51,585 nucleotides of DNA from a virus (lineage: Duplodnaviria > Caudoviricetes), in the IMG/VR virus record IMGVR_UViG_3300002461_000403, positions 1-51,585 of that record. The stretch is one strand, 5' to 3'. Numbering within the stretch: position 1 is the stretch's first letter; every line of letters starts with the position of its first letter. The notes beneath the pieces were generated by a model. That model did not search any database and had not been told where the DNA came from. It was given only the letters and a program-made list of their open reading frames with translations. This document shows, piece by piece, positions 26,164 through 36,645 of the stretch. Position numbers and translations under genes: made by a program.

Positions 26164-26976
26164 ATGGACGCCGCAGTTGAACCGATGGATACGCCAAAGA
26201 AACCCAAGGCCGGGACTGCCGTAGCGAAAGCGGCACCAGTGCGCGCGCCGGTCGCGGCCCCTGTGTCTGAGGCTGGCGCGGTCATGGCGATGATCGAGCG
26301 CATGAGTACGGACCCGACAATCTCTATTGAGCGGGTCGAACAGGCGTTTGCCTTCTACGAAAAAGTGCAGGCCAGCCAAGCGCGCAAGGCGTTCGATGCT
26401 GCCATGGCGGCCGCCAAAGCCGAGATCCCCGTCATTATCAAAAAGCGCACTGTCAAGTATGGGGCACCGGGCAAAGAGACGACGTATCAGCACGAAGACT
26501 TGGGCGGGATTGCCGAGATCGTTGATCCGATCCTTGCCAAGTTTGGTCTTTCCTACCGATACCGCACATCATCGAAACTGAATGAGCCGGTCAGCGTCAC
26601 GTGCATCATTGCGCACGAGCAAGGCTATTTCGAGGAAACCACCCTCACTGCCGGCCGCGATGACAGCGGCGGAAAGAACGCGATCCAGGCAATCGGTAGT
26701 TCCGTGACCTACCTGCAACGGTACACGCTCAAGGCCGCGCTTGGATTGGCAGCGGCGAAAGACGACGACGCCAAAACGGCAGAGGCAACGCCGGACGAAC
26801 TGGCGACCCTGAACGACAAGCAGCAAGCCGAGCTTCGCGACCTCATCTCTAAGACTGGGGCCAACATCGCCGCCTTCCTCAAGATCGCCCAGGCCGAAAG
26901 CGTGTCCGACATTCTGGCGAAGGATTTTGAAGGACTGCGGAAAGTCCTGCTGGCGAAGAAAGGCAACGCACAATGA
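26164..26976 (+). CDS. erf: ERF-family ssDNA-annealing recombinase
   Basis: YQHEDLGGI...PILAKFGL...AIQAIGSSVTYLQRYTLKAALGLA. Confidence 0.88.
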   Translation: MDAAVEPMDTPKKPKAGTAVAKAAPVRAPVAAPVSEAGAVMAMIERMSTDPTISIERVEQAFAFYEKVQASQARKAFDAAMAAAKAEIPVIIKKRTVKYGAPGKETTYQHEDLGGIAEIVDPILAKFGLSYRYRTSSKLNEPVSVTCIIAHEQGYFEETTLTAGRDDSGGKNAIQAIGSSVTYLQRYTLKAALGLAAAKDDDAKTAEATPDELATLNDKQQAELRDLISKTGANIAAFLKIAQAESVSDILAKDFEGLRKVLLAKKGNAQ

Positions 26977-27929
26977 ACGAGATACTTGAACGCGATCTGA
27001 TCGCACTACCGCTGCCACAAGATGCCTTGACGGTGTTCACCACGGACGGGGCGATCGAGCCATATCTGGCGCGCATCCGTGAGGCTATCGACGCTTTCGA
27101 GGCAGACGCTTCGACGGAGGAGGGCCGCAAGGCGATCAAGTCCATGGCGTTCAAAGTCGCCAAGGCCAAAACCGCACTTGAAGCCGAAGGCAAGCGGCTG
27201 GCAGACGAGCAAAAGGAAATCCCCAAGCGTATCGACGCCACGCGCAAGCGGATCAAAGATACGCTGGACGCATGGCGAGATGAAGTCCGCAAGCCGGTGG
27301 ACGAATACGAGGCGGCCGAAGAAGCCCGTGTCGAGGCGATCAAATCCAACCTTGCCGAACTTCAAGGCACGGTTGACGACGCCGCACCGCGCACGGCGGA
27401 AGTCCTGCGGGATCGGCTGGGGGAAATCGAGCGCGATGAATACAGCGAGGCCCGGTTTGGGGAATACGTCGGCGCAGCCATAGAGCTTAAAGCCACGGCG
27501 ATTGAGCGACTAACGGCCCGTATTGCCGATGCCGAAAAGCGCGAAGCCGAGCAGGCCGAGCTTGAAGCCCTACGGGCAGAGAAGGCCGAACGCGACAAGC
27601 GCGACCGTGAAGCGGCCATCAAAGCGGAAGGTGAACGGGAAGCAGCCGCCAAGGCCGACGCCGCCGCCAAAGCAGCGCAGGCCGCCGCCGAGGATGCCGA
27701 GCGCCGCGCCAAAGAGGCTCACGACAAAGCGATACGAGACCTTGAAAACAAGGCCGCCGCTGAGAAAGCAGAGGCCGAGAAGCGCGAAGCCAACAAGAAG
27801 CACTGCGCCAAGATCAACAACGAAGCTCTGGCAGCACTGGTCGCGGCCGGCATCACAGAAGATGTGGCCAAGTCGGTTGTGATGCTGATCGCATCCAAAG
27901 CCGTGCCGCACGTTTCGATCTCGTACTGA
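26973..27929 (+). CDS. Coiled-coil phage protein
   Basis: GRKAIKSMAFKVAKAKTALE...RDEVRKP...VPHVSISY; commonly linked to recombination genes. Confidence 0.75.
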   Translation: MNEILERDLIALPLPQDALTVFTTDGAIEPYLARIREAIDAFEADASTEEGRKAIKSMAFKVAKAKTALEAEGKRLADEQKEIPKRIDATRKRIKDTLDAWRDEVRKPVDEYEAAEEARVEAIKSNLAELQGTVDDAAPRTAEVLRDRLGEIERDEYSEARFGEYVGAAIELKATAIERLTARIADAEKREAEQAELEALRAEKAERDKRDREAAIKAEGEREAAAKADAAAKAAQAAAEDAERRAKEAHDKAIRDLENKAAAEKAEAEKREANKKHCAKINNEALAALVAAGITEDVAKSVVMLIASKAVPHVSISY

Positions 27930-27939
27930 GGGGGCGACG

Positions 27940-28581
27940 ATGAAGATTATCGACTGCGAGCAGAACACCACAGAATGGCACGCCGCCCGCTGCGGCCGAG
28001 TTACGGCGTCCCGTGTGGCCGACATCGTTCGCAAGACCAAGACAGGTGTCAGCGCATCCCGCGCGACCTACAAGGGCGAGCTTGTCGCTGAACGTCTAAG
28101 CGGACAGGTGTCGTCCGGCTTCACGTCGAAGGCGATGGACTGGGGACACGAGCAAGAGGACAAGGCCCGCGACTACTACGCCTTCATGCGGGATGTAGAG
28201 CCGGTCAAGGTGGGGTTTGTCGTCCACCCGACAATCGAGATGGCGGGAGCTTCCCCGGATCGGTTGATCGGTGAGGACGGGCAGCTTGAAATCAAGTGCC
28301 CCAATAGTTCGACCCACATTGCCACCCTGCTAGGGGCACCGATCGAGCCTGACTACTTGAAACAGATTCAGTGGCAGATGGCTTGCACGGGCCGGAAATG
28401 GACGGACTTCGTTTCGTTCGATCCCCGGATGCCGCCCGACATGCAAATCCACATTCAGCGTGTGCCGCGCGATCCGATCCAGATTGCGGAGTTTGAACAC
28501 GCCGTCCGGCTGTTTCTGGCTGAGGTCGAATCCGACATGGCCGCGCTGGTCGCGAAGTTCAGAAAGCAAGAGGCTGCGTGA
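27940..28581 (+). CDS. Lambda-type (YqaJ) exonuclease
   Basis: EQNTTEWHAARCGRVTAS, GASPDRL, LEIKCP, QIQWQM, DFVSFDPR. Confidence 0.92.
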   Translation: MKIIDCEQNTTEWHAARCGRVTASRVADIVRKTKTGVSASRATYKGELVAERLSGQVSSGFTSKAMDWGHEQEDKARDYYAFMRDVEPVKVGFVVHPTIEMAGASPDRLIGEDGQLEIKCPNSSTHIATLLGAPIEPDYLKQIQWQMACTGRKWTDFVSFDPRMPPDMQIHIQRVPRDPIQIAEFEHAVRLFLAEVESDMAALVAKFRKQEAA

Positions 28582-28856
28582 TGCTCATAGAGCAGACCTT
28601 CATATCTCAGCAGCCACATCTTGTGCGAGCCGAGCACAGTGCTGTGACGCAAGTCCGCGCGTCCGCGAGTGTGGAGGCAAGCCGATTGGTCTTCCTGATC
28701 ACAACCGGCTGTTACGTCGAGTTTCACGACGGCAATCCGGTGCTGGTAATCCCAGAGGGCAATCGATTTTTGCTTGCGCGCGAACTGGAACGGATCGCGG
28801 ACAATGGCTTGCTCAACGACCGAGAAATCACGCCAGCCACTGAGGACGCAGAATGA
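28578..28856 (+). CDS. Hypothetical protein
   Basis: Coupled ORF. Confidence 0.5.
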   Translation: MMLIEQTFISQQPHLVRAEHSAVTQVRASASVEASRLVFLITTGCYVEFHDGNPVLVIPEGNRFLLARELERIADNGLLNDREITPATEDAE

Positions 28857-29131
28857 CCCGAGGCCAGCGCAGCACCGCCGTCCGCTTGCACAACAACGGC
28901 CGGGATATTCCCGCCATCGCGGACCATATCGGCTTCACCGCCGATGAGGTCATCACCTACCTGAAAACCCGGAAAGGCTACCCAGGCAAGATCGAGTGCG
29001 ACCGGCTGCGCTACCCGGTCCATGCACGGGCACGAACGTTAGATGCAACGCAATCGTCAGCCTTTCGGGAACGAACAGAGCGGCCAAAGCCGAGCCTTCC
29101 CCGCCTCAAGTGTTTGGAGGAAACGGAATGA
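28853..29131 (+). CDS. Putative HTH protein
   Basis: GRDIPAIADHIGFTADEV; coupled. Confidence 0.55.
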   Translation: MTRGQRSTAVRLHNNGRDIPAIADHIGFTADEVITYLKTRKGYPGKIECDRLRYPVHARARTLDATQSSAFRERTERPKPSLPRLKCLEETE

Positions 29132-29403
29132 GCACGCCCCAGCAAATCCTCGACGGTGAGACCAAGGCTGAAGCAATCCGCCGCCTTTGGAACGAATCGC
29201 CATTGCAACGCGACGAGATCGCGGCGCTTCTTGACTGCTCGATCAATTACGTTCGCGTTCAAATCTGCGTGGCCGCTCGCCCGGGCTATAAGACCGAATG
29301 GATGAGGAGGAAGCGGCAGACTGACAAAGCCTATCGCGAACGCGAACAGGCACAACAACGCGCTCGCTACCGTGCCCGTCACAACACGGAGCCCCGCGCA
29401 TGA
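29128..29403 (+). CDS. Putative HTH protein
   Basis: GGAGG RBS; RDEIAALLDCSINYVRV. Confidence 0.55.
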   Translation: MSTPQQILDGETKAEAIRRLWNESPLQRDEIAALLDCSINYVRVQICVAARPGYKTEWMRRKRQTDKAYREREQAQQRARYRARHNTEPRA

Positions 29404-29783
29404 CAACCACCTCCCAGCGCGCGATAGCGGCCTCACAGGATCGCGAACCGGACCACATGAACCGGGACGACCTCCGCGAACTTTGGCGGCTGGCGGCCCT
29501 CTCTGCGGCCCGCAAGAGGGACGTTGCTGAACGGCTTGATGAAGGCCGGAAAATTCTGCTGTCCGTCCTGACAAAGCAGTTGGTCGCCGGAGGCATGGCC
29601 GTGACGAAAGCAGAGATGGAAGCGCGAGCGTCGAAGACATTTGGCGATCATGTCGAGGCGATGCACACGGCCAAGCTGGAAGCCGAAGAAGCATGGATCG
29701 AAGCCCAGAACCAAGATCGCATTTACTGGGCTCACGTCTCCCACGAAGCGACGGAGAGGGCGGAACGGAGGATGGTGCGGTGA
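29400..29783 (+). CDS. Helical phage protein (recombination-mediator-like)
   Basis: KAEMEARAS...AKLEAE pattern; coupled. Confidence 0.55.
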   Translation: MTTTSQRAIAASQDREPDHMNRDDLRELWRLAALSAARKRDVAERLDEGRKILLSVLTKQLVAGGMAVTKAEMEARASKTFGDHVEAMHTAKLEAEEAWIEAQNQDRIYWAHVSHEATERAERRMVR

Positions 29784-30064
29784 CAAAGACAAAACACACG
29801 CCGGGGCCTTGGGTTACAGGTTCATGGTCTGTTGGCGTTGAAGGCGATTTTGCGGACCATCACAATTATTGTGAGATTGCCGAGATACGCCAGCACAGCC
29901 TGATAGGTTCCGATGAAGCCACCGCCAACGCCCATCTGATCGCCGCCGCCCCTGATCTGTATGAGGCGCTGGAAAGGCTGTGCAATGCCTGTGCGGGATG
30001 GGACGTTGACGATCTCATAAAGGACGGCCGCGCCGCTCTTGCGAAAGCACGAGGCGAGACATGA
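29780..30064 (+). CDS. Conserved phage hypothetical protein
   Basis: KHTPGPW...ANAHLIAAAPDLYEAL...ALAKARGE. Confidence 0.75.
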   Translation: MTKTKHTPGPWVTGSWSVGVEGDFADHHNYCEIAEIRQHSLIGSDEATANAHLIAAAPDLYEALERLCNACAGWDVDDLIKDGRAALAKARGET

Positions 30065-31460
30065 GCAACCGCCCGTCCATTGCCATGCAGTTAGGAGCCC
30101 TCCGTCATTGCGTAGCCTATGCCGGTTCGCATGGGATTGGTGAGGACGTTGTTCGCAACGCTGAATTTGGCATCGCCAGTATGACATTCCTACGGGACCA
30201 CCGGGACGCCTTCATTGCGTTGATGTCAGTACTGCAAGCATTTCCAGATGCAGAGTTAGAGGGGGCAGAGAATGTTGGTGAAGCAGACGAGCTTGAACAC
30301 GTTCGAGGTTTCTACGTGCCGGGCGGAATGGTGGACGGCGGAGAGACTTGAGAGCGGACTTTGGCACATCGTCAGCTACCGAGGCCGAACGATGTCACCG
30401 AACGGAACCAGGGCGAAGCAAATCAGACGGGCGCTAGACAGTTATTTTGGAGGGGGCAACGATGCAGGAATTGAAAGCGGAACGGGTGAGGGTGGCCGTG
30501 GGGTGGCCGAACCCTGAGGACCCGCGCATGGTGCCGGTCACAATCCACGACATGGAGAGTCGTCGCTGCAAATTTCAGCGCGTCCCACGGGATCAGTTGG
30601 CCGTAATGAACGGCGACAGGATAGGGGAATGGATGGCCATATGGCTGCCAACCGCCGAGCAATGGACCCTCATAGACTTTGTTTCGGACATGCGGAAAGC
30701 GTTGAAGGTGGTGGCATGAACGATCACAGACCGCCGGTCGCGACTTTATTGGCTATCCCATTTCGTGTTGAGCCGGGTGAAGACGGTTCTTATGTCATTT
30801 ACGTTGGCGGCCTTGGTGACGAACGCGGCCGGACACCGCGTTCGTGGGGCTTCACCAACGTTGACGACATGCTCCGGTTCTTAACCGACCAAGCCACCAA
30901 ACATAAAGCGCCGGGGGCGTAACCATGTACCGTGTACCAGATCCCAAGAACGACTGCATCATCATCACGTCCCGCAACCAAACCGTCGACATCCGTAAGG
31001 TTGACGCTTTGCGATTGGGAACGGTGCAGGAGTGCGATGAGGTTTTGTTTGCCCTGAGACTGCGGATTGAGCGGATCGCCCGGCGCATGAACGAACAAGG
31101 GCTAGAGCGCGACCAGATGATCCGGTGCCGGGACGCGATGCAGTACGCCCAGACCAATCAGGAGCGGGTAAAGACGCGGCTCAAAACCTTACTAGAGGCC
31201 ATACCCAAGCGGGACGTTGGCGCGGTGGCTTTCTTCGAGACCGCCAAGAAGCGGCTCGGCAAGGACGTGTTTCAGGCGATCATGCGGGAGGCAACAGGCC
31301 GATGAACGATGTTGCATTTATCTTCGTGTCGGGTGTGTTCTTCGGAGCGTGCCTGTTCGTCGCCATGGTGGGGGCGATCCTGTTCGAGCGGTGGCTGAAA
31401 GGCCCGCGCGTTCAGCCCAGGATCGTTGACCGGCCGCAGCGATTTGGACAGAGGGATTGA
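30061..31460 (+). other. Run of small coupled hypothetical CDSs (30061-30351, 30272-30517, 30462-30719, 30716-30922, 30925-31305, 31302-31460)
   Basis: Tightly packed same-strand ORFs; no recognisable motifs. Confidence 0.55.
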
Positions 31461-31599
31461 TCGCCATGCGATTCATAGACGCCATCCTTTGCAGGCTCCA
31501 CTTGTGCCGGAAGGCCCACATCAAAAAGGTTCCGACGCAATACTACTACGTGATGCGTTGCGAGCGGTGCGGCCACATCCACGATGAGGATGTCTAGAG

Positions 31600-32031
31600 A
31601 TGGCCTACCTGCGAGATAAACTGTTGGCAAATTTTAAGCCATCGGCCACGGAAAAGCAGAAGGCGAAGGCGGCCAAGCCACGCCTAAAGCGGGAGGGCCG
31701 GGAGGGCAATTCAGAGGAGCATCTGGCCTACATCCGAAAGCTGCCATGCTGCATCACTCTCCGCACACCATGCGGAGAGGCTCACCACCTTCAAGCCGGA
31801 ACCGGCGAAAGAGGAATGCAGCAGCGTTCCACCGACCGTTGGGCGGTTCCACTAACGCACGCGCTCCACATGGAACTGCATCGATTAGGTTCCAAGAGAG
31901 AGGGGGGCTGGTTCAAAGACCGGGGCATCCCGGCCCCGCTCGACCTCGCCGCCGCACTCTACTCAGCAAGCCCCGATGTCGCGAGGGGAACGAAGATCGT
32001 GCTTGAGTTTCACAAACGGGGGAAGCCATGA
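31600..32031 (+). CDS. DUF968-like HNH-fold protein
   Basis: HLAYIRKLPCC...EAHHL...DRWAVPL...HMELH. Confidence 0.75.
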   Translation: MAYLRDKLLANFKPSATEKQKAKAAKPRLKREGREGNSEEHLAYIRKLPCCITLRTPCGEAHHLQAGTGERGMQQRSTDRWAVPLTHALHMELHRLGSKREGGWFKDRGIPAPLDLAAALYSASPDVARGTKIVLEFHKRGKP

Positions 32032-32327
32032 GCCAGTACCTCACACCCGAGCAAGCGGCGCAACGCTTGGGCTGTCGCCGCCCGAAAGTTTACGCCATGA
32101 TCCGCGACGGCCTGCTTGTCGGCTATCGCTTTGGCCCCCGCATGGTCCGCGTCAAACAGGAAGACATTGAGAGGCTTGCCGCCACATGCACGATGAAACC
32201 GGCCCATGGCGTCTCGGTAAACATCGAGGACACTACGCCGCCGTCACCGGAAGCGGACCCAGCCGCCGCCGCATTAAACTCGATGAAGCAGACCCGGCGA
32301 GCGCTCAAAGCGCTGTCCGCCGTCTAA
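32028..32327 (+). CDS. xis: Excisionase (HTH_17)
   Basis: YLTPEQAAQRLGCRRPKVYAMIRDGLLVGYRFGPRMVRV; overlaps int. Confidence 0.8.
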   Translation: MSQYLTPEQAAQRLGCRRPKVYAMIRDGLLVGYRFGPRMVRVKQEDIERLAATCTMKPAHGVSVNIEDTTPPSPEADPAAAALNSMKQTRRALKALSAV

Positions 32328-33256
32328 ACATTGAGACCAATAAGCAGGCCGCACTCCGCAACAATACCGTCCTGTCCATCTACGATCTCTACATCAAGGA
32401 TCGCACCCAAGAGGGGATTGCCAACCTCACCCGTGTCAAGGAAGTGCGCAAGGTGATCGAGCGGGTCTGGCCTACGCTGTCGCCGGCCGATCTAAGCAAA
32501 GAAGAGATCGCCCGATTCACAAGCCTGCGGCGCAAGGACGGTTGCGGCAACGCCACCATCCGCCAGGAGCTTGCCTATCTCACGGCGGCGCTGAACGTCG
32601 CCAAGCGCGAGCGGATCATTCAGTTTGTGCCCGACATCCGTAAGCCGCCCCCGCCGCGCCCGCGCGAGCGCTACCTTGAGCGGCACGAGGTCGACGCCCT
32701 GCTGGCCAACTGCCCCATGCTCTATGCCAAGCTGTTTATCGTCCTGGCCATTTCGACGGCGGCTCGCCCGAAACACATCCTCGAACTGACCTGGGATCGG
32801 GTAGACTTCAAGCACCGGCTCATCAACTTCGATGACCCCAAGCGCCACGTGTCGCGCAAGGGCCGGGCGCGTGTGCCGATGAACGACACCGCCATCACAC
32901 ACCTGTCGCTGGCGAAGGATCTGGCGATTGGGGAGACGGTGATCGAGGTGGACGGCCGGTCCATCAAAAGCATCCGCAGGGCCATCAAGGAAAGCGCTAG
33001 GCGGGCGGGAATGCCGGACGTGTCCCAATACGTCCTCCGACACACGGCGGGCGTCTGGATGGCGCGCGCTGGCGTCGACCTCGCGCGCATCGCGGAATAT
33101 ATGGGGCACGCTTCGGTTGAGACCACGCGAAAGCACTACGCCAAGTTTCACCCGGAGTATCTTCGGGATGCTTCGCAGGCGCTTGACCTAATAAGGTTGC
33201 CGGTGGGTACGGCAGTACCAACCACCGAAAACGAAGCAGCATCAAAAGATGAATAA
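32186..33256 (+). CDS. int: Tyrosine integrase
   Basis: TAARPKHILELTWDRVD, RKGRARVP, YVLRHT, YMGH, HYAK. Confidence 0.92.
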   Translation: MHDETGPWRLGKHRGHYAAVTGSGPSRRRIKLDEADPASAQSAVRRLNIETNKQAALRNNTVLSIYDLYIKDRTQEGIANLTRVKEVRKVIERVWPTLSPADLSKEEIARFTSLRRKDGCGNATIRQELAYLTAALNVAKRERIIQFVPDIRKPPPPRPRERYLERHEVDALLANCPMLYAKLFIVLAISTAARPKHILELTWDRVDFKHRLINFDDPKRHVSRKGRARVPMNDTAITHLSLAKDLAIGETVIEVDGRSIKSIRRAIKESARRAGMPDVSQYVLRHTAGVWMARAGVDLARIAEYMGHASVETTRKHYAKFHPEYLRDASQALDLIRLPVGTAVPTTENEAASKDE

Positions 33257-33314
33257 ATACAGCACGAAACCCTTTGGCTGGTCACTAAAAGCACTATAAA
33301 ATCAAAGGGAGATG

Positions 33315-33363
33315 CTGATTTGTAATCAGGGGGTCCTCGGTTCGAGCCCGAGAGTCGGCACCA
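33315..33363 (+). other. attP core: 3' half of tRNA-Thr(UGU)
   Basis: CTGA-TTTGTAA-TCAG anticodon arm, CTCGG-TTCGAGC-CCGAG T arm, AGTCGGC-A-CCA; no D arm or 5' acceptor strand upstream; lies just downstream of int. Confidence 0.88.
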
Positions 33364-33612
33364 ACCTTTTCAATAACTTACCAAAGAAGTGTAAGGCATC
33401 CGGCAGGTACGCCAGTACCTCGCCGGATCGGCTTGCAGCGGATAACCCCATTTGGAACCCCAGCAGAGGTGCAGATGAAAGCATTGAGCGACACACCGAC
33501 CCAATCGACACGTCCTCACGGATATGTCGATGAAACACAAAAACAACGCCACATCCGCTAGGACATGGCGCACGCCGGCAGATACGGGGAGAGGCTGCTT
33601 TCCCTTCCAAGG

Positions 33613-34816
33613 TCAGAATTGAGACGTGGGCACAACCACATCATCCGGCGTCTGGGGTGCGTTGCGGTCAACTCGATCCGCTGTGATCGCATCCCATATC
33701 GCTTCATCGATCATTTGCGTTAGGTCATCGGCTTCCTCATCGCTTATCCGCTGCCCCATCCGCCACGCACTCACAACTCGTTCCGCTCTCTCAATCGGCA
33801 ACATGTTTTCCTCCTATGGTTTACAGTAGACTTCCTCAAGCGCATCAAGCGCCGACATATCCATGAGCGGCGGCATCGCGCGCCACAGCGACGGGGCGTC
33901 TGCATACTCCCAGCTATCCCCCAGCCAATCGGCTGACGGCTTGTTCGTCATGTGGTGCGGCTCATCCCAATGGCTTGAGCCTCGCGATCTGGACCCTACG
34001 TAAACGACAAACCCGACAACTCGGTCCGTGCGGTCGCCGTCGTCATTGACCGCAAGCATCGCGTGCCACAACAGCAAATCGCAATCTCGTGGCGTCTGGT
34101 CCGTCACAAACTGCCACCCGTTCGACTCCATCGACTGCGGCAGCTTCGGCATCTGCATGTCGCTCATCTTGCCCCTGCTTTCTCTTCCAGCTAGTTGTTC
34201 AGTTTCAGGCCGAGCACGTCGCGCATTTCTGGCGATAACTCTTTCGCGATGCTCTGCCCGCTGGCGGACTTCGCCCACTCGTCGCTCTCTTCCTTCGTCG
34301 CGTCGAAATCTCCGTTCGCGACACGTTCAGCAATGGCGTGCAAGCCGTACTGGCGGCACAGCCGGTGAAGCTCCGTGATCGGGCAGGCGTGCGTGTCGGC
34401 GTAGTCGGTGAACTCACCCGTCGCCGCGCGATCTGCCAGCTTGTGATGTCGCGCCTCTGTTGCCACCGCGCGAATGGCTGCGGCTTGCCTCTCGGCGGCG
34501 GCCTTCGTGGCCGGTCCCCATTGAATGCTCATGACGTTTCTCCAGGCGGAATGATCTGCCAGTCGAAGCGGTTCTTCGTCCCCTCGACCTGGACGGTAGT
34601 GTGTTGCGTCAGACGCATGTGTAGACGACCAGAGAACAGCAGGCGCAAGCGATCCGCCCATCCGAAATGCAGTCGGCTTTCTGTGACCGTCCAGCCGTTC
34701 ATGCCCTCGACGCCATCCGGATCACGTCCCAAATGATAACGGTATCCAAGCCGCCTCCACATGCGCTCTCGCAACGTTGGGACGTGGTGAAATGCGCCGT
34801 TCTGAACTGCTTCCAT
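33613..34816 (-). other. Four small accessory CDSs (33613-33804, 33814-34167 DUF551-like, 34191-34532, 34529-34816)
   Basis: Same-strand ORFs with RBSs, downstream of the serine recombinase. Confidence 0.6.
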
Positions 34817-34825
34817 GAAAGTCTC

Positions 34826-35428
34826 CTACCTCTGCCTGCGTCGGCCAGGGCCAACTGTGTAATCCTCAATCGTCGTGTGGCTCACGCCAAAGTGCTTGCC
34901 GATGGTGCGGAGACTGAGGCCGCGCTTGCGCATGGCCTGAGCTTCCTTGATTTGCTTCGGCGTGAGAAGCCGCTTTGGCCCGAAACGCACACCCCGTTCC
35001 ATCGCCGCCCGAACGCCCGCCCTTGTGCGCTCCCGGATTAGGTCACGCTCGAACTCGGCTATCGCGCCCATGACGTGAAAGATCAGCCGCCCGCCCGGCG
35101 TGGTTGTGTCGATTTGCTCGGTAAGGCTGCGGAAACTGGCGCCAGCCAGTCGTAGCTGTTCCATCCTGTTCAGCAAATCGGTCAAGCTGCGGGCCATCCT
35201 GTCGAGCTTCCAGACAACAAACGTATCGCCAGGGCGCAACTCATCCAAAGCCCACTCAAGCACAGGCCGGTTCGATGCCGCACCGCTCACCTTTTCCTCG
35301 TGGATCGCGTCGGGATGTACGCCCGCGCGCTTGAGTGCTTCGACCTGCATCTCTAAGTTCTGCTCTATGGTGCTGACGCGGGCGTAGCCGATCAATGTTC
35401 TATCCGTTTTGGTTGGTACGCGCGCCAT
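34826..35428 (-). CDS. Small serine recombinase (resolvase/invertase)
   Basis: IGYARVSTIEQ, VVWKLDRMARS, IDTTTPGGRLIFHVMGAIAEFER, C-terminal HTH. Confidence 0.93.
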   Translation of the reverse strand: MARVPTKTDRTLIGYARVSTIEQNLEMQVEALKRAGVHPDAIHEEKVSGAASNRPVLEWALDELRPGDTFVVWKLDRMARSLTDLLNRMEQLRLAGASFRSLTEQIDTTTPGGRLIFHVMGAIAEFERDLIRERTRAGVRAAMERGVRFGPKRLLTPKQIKEAQAMRKRGLSLRTIGKHFGVSHTTIEDYTVGPGRRRQR

Positions 35429-35478
35429 GCTGACCTATTTTGTAAACGCTGCTTGTGGACAAATTACTACAACCTTGG

Positions 35479-35507
35479 TTGACAGCGCAAGCGCGAAATG
35501 GCATATA
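35479..35507 (+). promoter_or_regulatory. Sigma70-type promoter divergent from the recombinase gene
   Basis: TTGACA-N17-CATATA. Confidence 0.55.
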
Positions 35508-35535
35508 GATGGGGACAACGCACGGAGGACAGCAC

Positions 35536-36420
35536 ATGGATATGTCAGCAGCAGCAACCGCCCCGCGCCAACCTCTGATCCCAGAGACGGCACGGGCTCA
35601 CCCGGACTTCGCCGCATACATGGAGCATCGCTCTAGCTGTAATCGCCTGATGATTCAGGCTTCGCGGTGGGAGGACTGGTTGTCTCAGCGCACCTTTCAA
35701 AAGGTGTCTGACGACTGGGCAGCACATCCCCGCTTCAAAGAGTTTCAGCAGTGGATGCGGGATAACAAGGCCGGGGACAGCAAGCGCAACCCCGCCGCCT
35801 TCCCTGAAAACTTCAAAATGTGGCTGGATGGGGCGCGCTGGTAGCGCCCCACTAACCTTAGTAGGAGACTCCCCGGATGAGCGTGTCACCGCTGCAAATC
35901 AATTTCATGCTAACGTGCTACTTCTCTCCCGATCCGGTCGCGCAACTAGGGGAACACCATTGGGACAGCCCGGCCGGACAAGAGGCGCGCGAATGGATGA
36001 TTGTGAACGGCCTAGTTGATGGCAAACACAAGGCCACCGACAAAGGGCGCGCATGGGTAAAAATGATCTGTGCAACGCCGCTCCCGGTGAAGGTCTGGCT
36101 ACACCCGTCCACGGCGCAAGAATTTGAAGCTGAATTGGCGTAAGGACTCCCCCGCAATGAGTGATTTCTGGAATGGACTTGCGAAAACGATAGGCGCTGC
36201 TGTTCTTTTCAGCGCCGCCCTGTTGATCATTGCGCCGTTGAACGCCTTGCTTGGCGCGTTCGCCGGGTGGACCGTCTCCCTATTTTGGGGCGACGAGATA
36301 TTGAATACTCTGCGCGCGTTTGGCGTGCCGCGCGACTTGACGATGTGGCAGCTAGGCGGTGCGTTGGGTTTTGTAAGCGCGTTTCTGCGGACCCGGACAA
36401 CTGTTAAAACTGAAACGTAA
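35536..36420 (+). other. Three small CDSs (35536-35844, 35877-36143, 36157-36420 membrane protein)
   Basis: GGAGG/AGGAG/AAGGA RBSs; the last is hydrophobic. Confidence 0.6.
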
Positions 36421-36645
36421 AGGGAATCCTCGATGGACATGGACAAGCTGGATCGCGTTTCAGAGTTGAGCGATGAGGCTAAAGAGGTTGTCCGCTGGGG
36501 CATCATTTTGGAGGGCGCGTTGCACTTCATAGCTTCGCACATGCAGAACGTGCCAGATCATGTGCGGGACTTCGCCCGCTCGAAAATTATCAACGACGAA
36601 TGATGGAAGGTATTCCCCGCCATGCCTAACGCACAAAGCCATTTA

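Noticed and set aside
33290-33363. Complete phage tRNA-Thr gene
   Set aside because: No D arm or 5' acceptor strand is present; it is an attP core.
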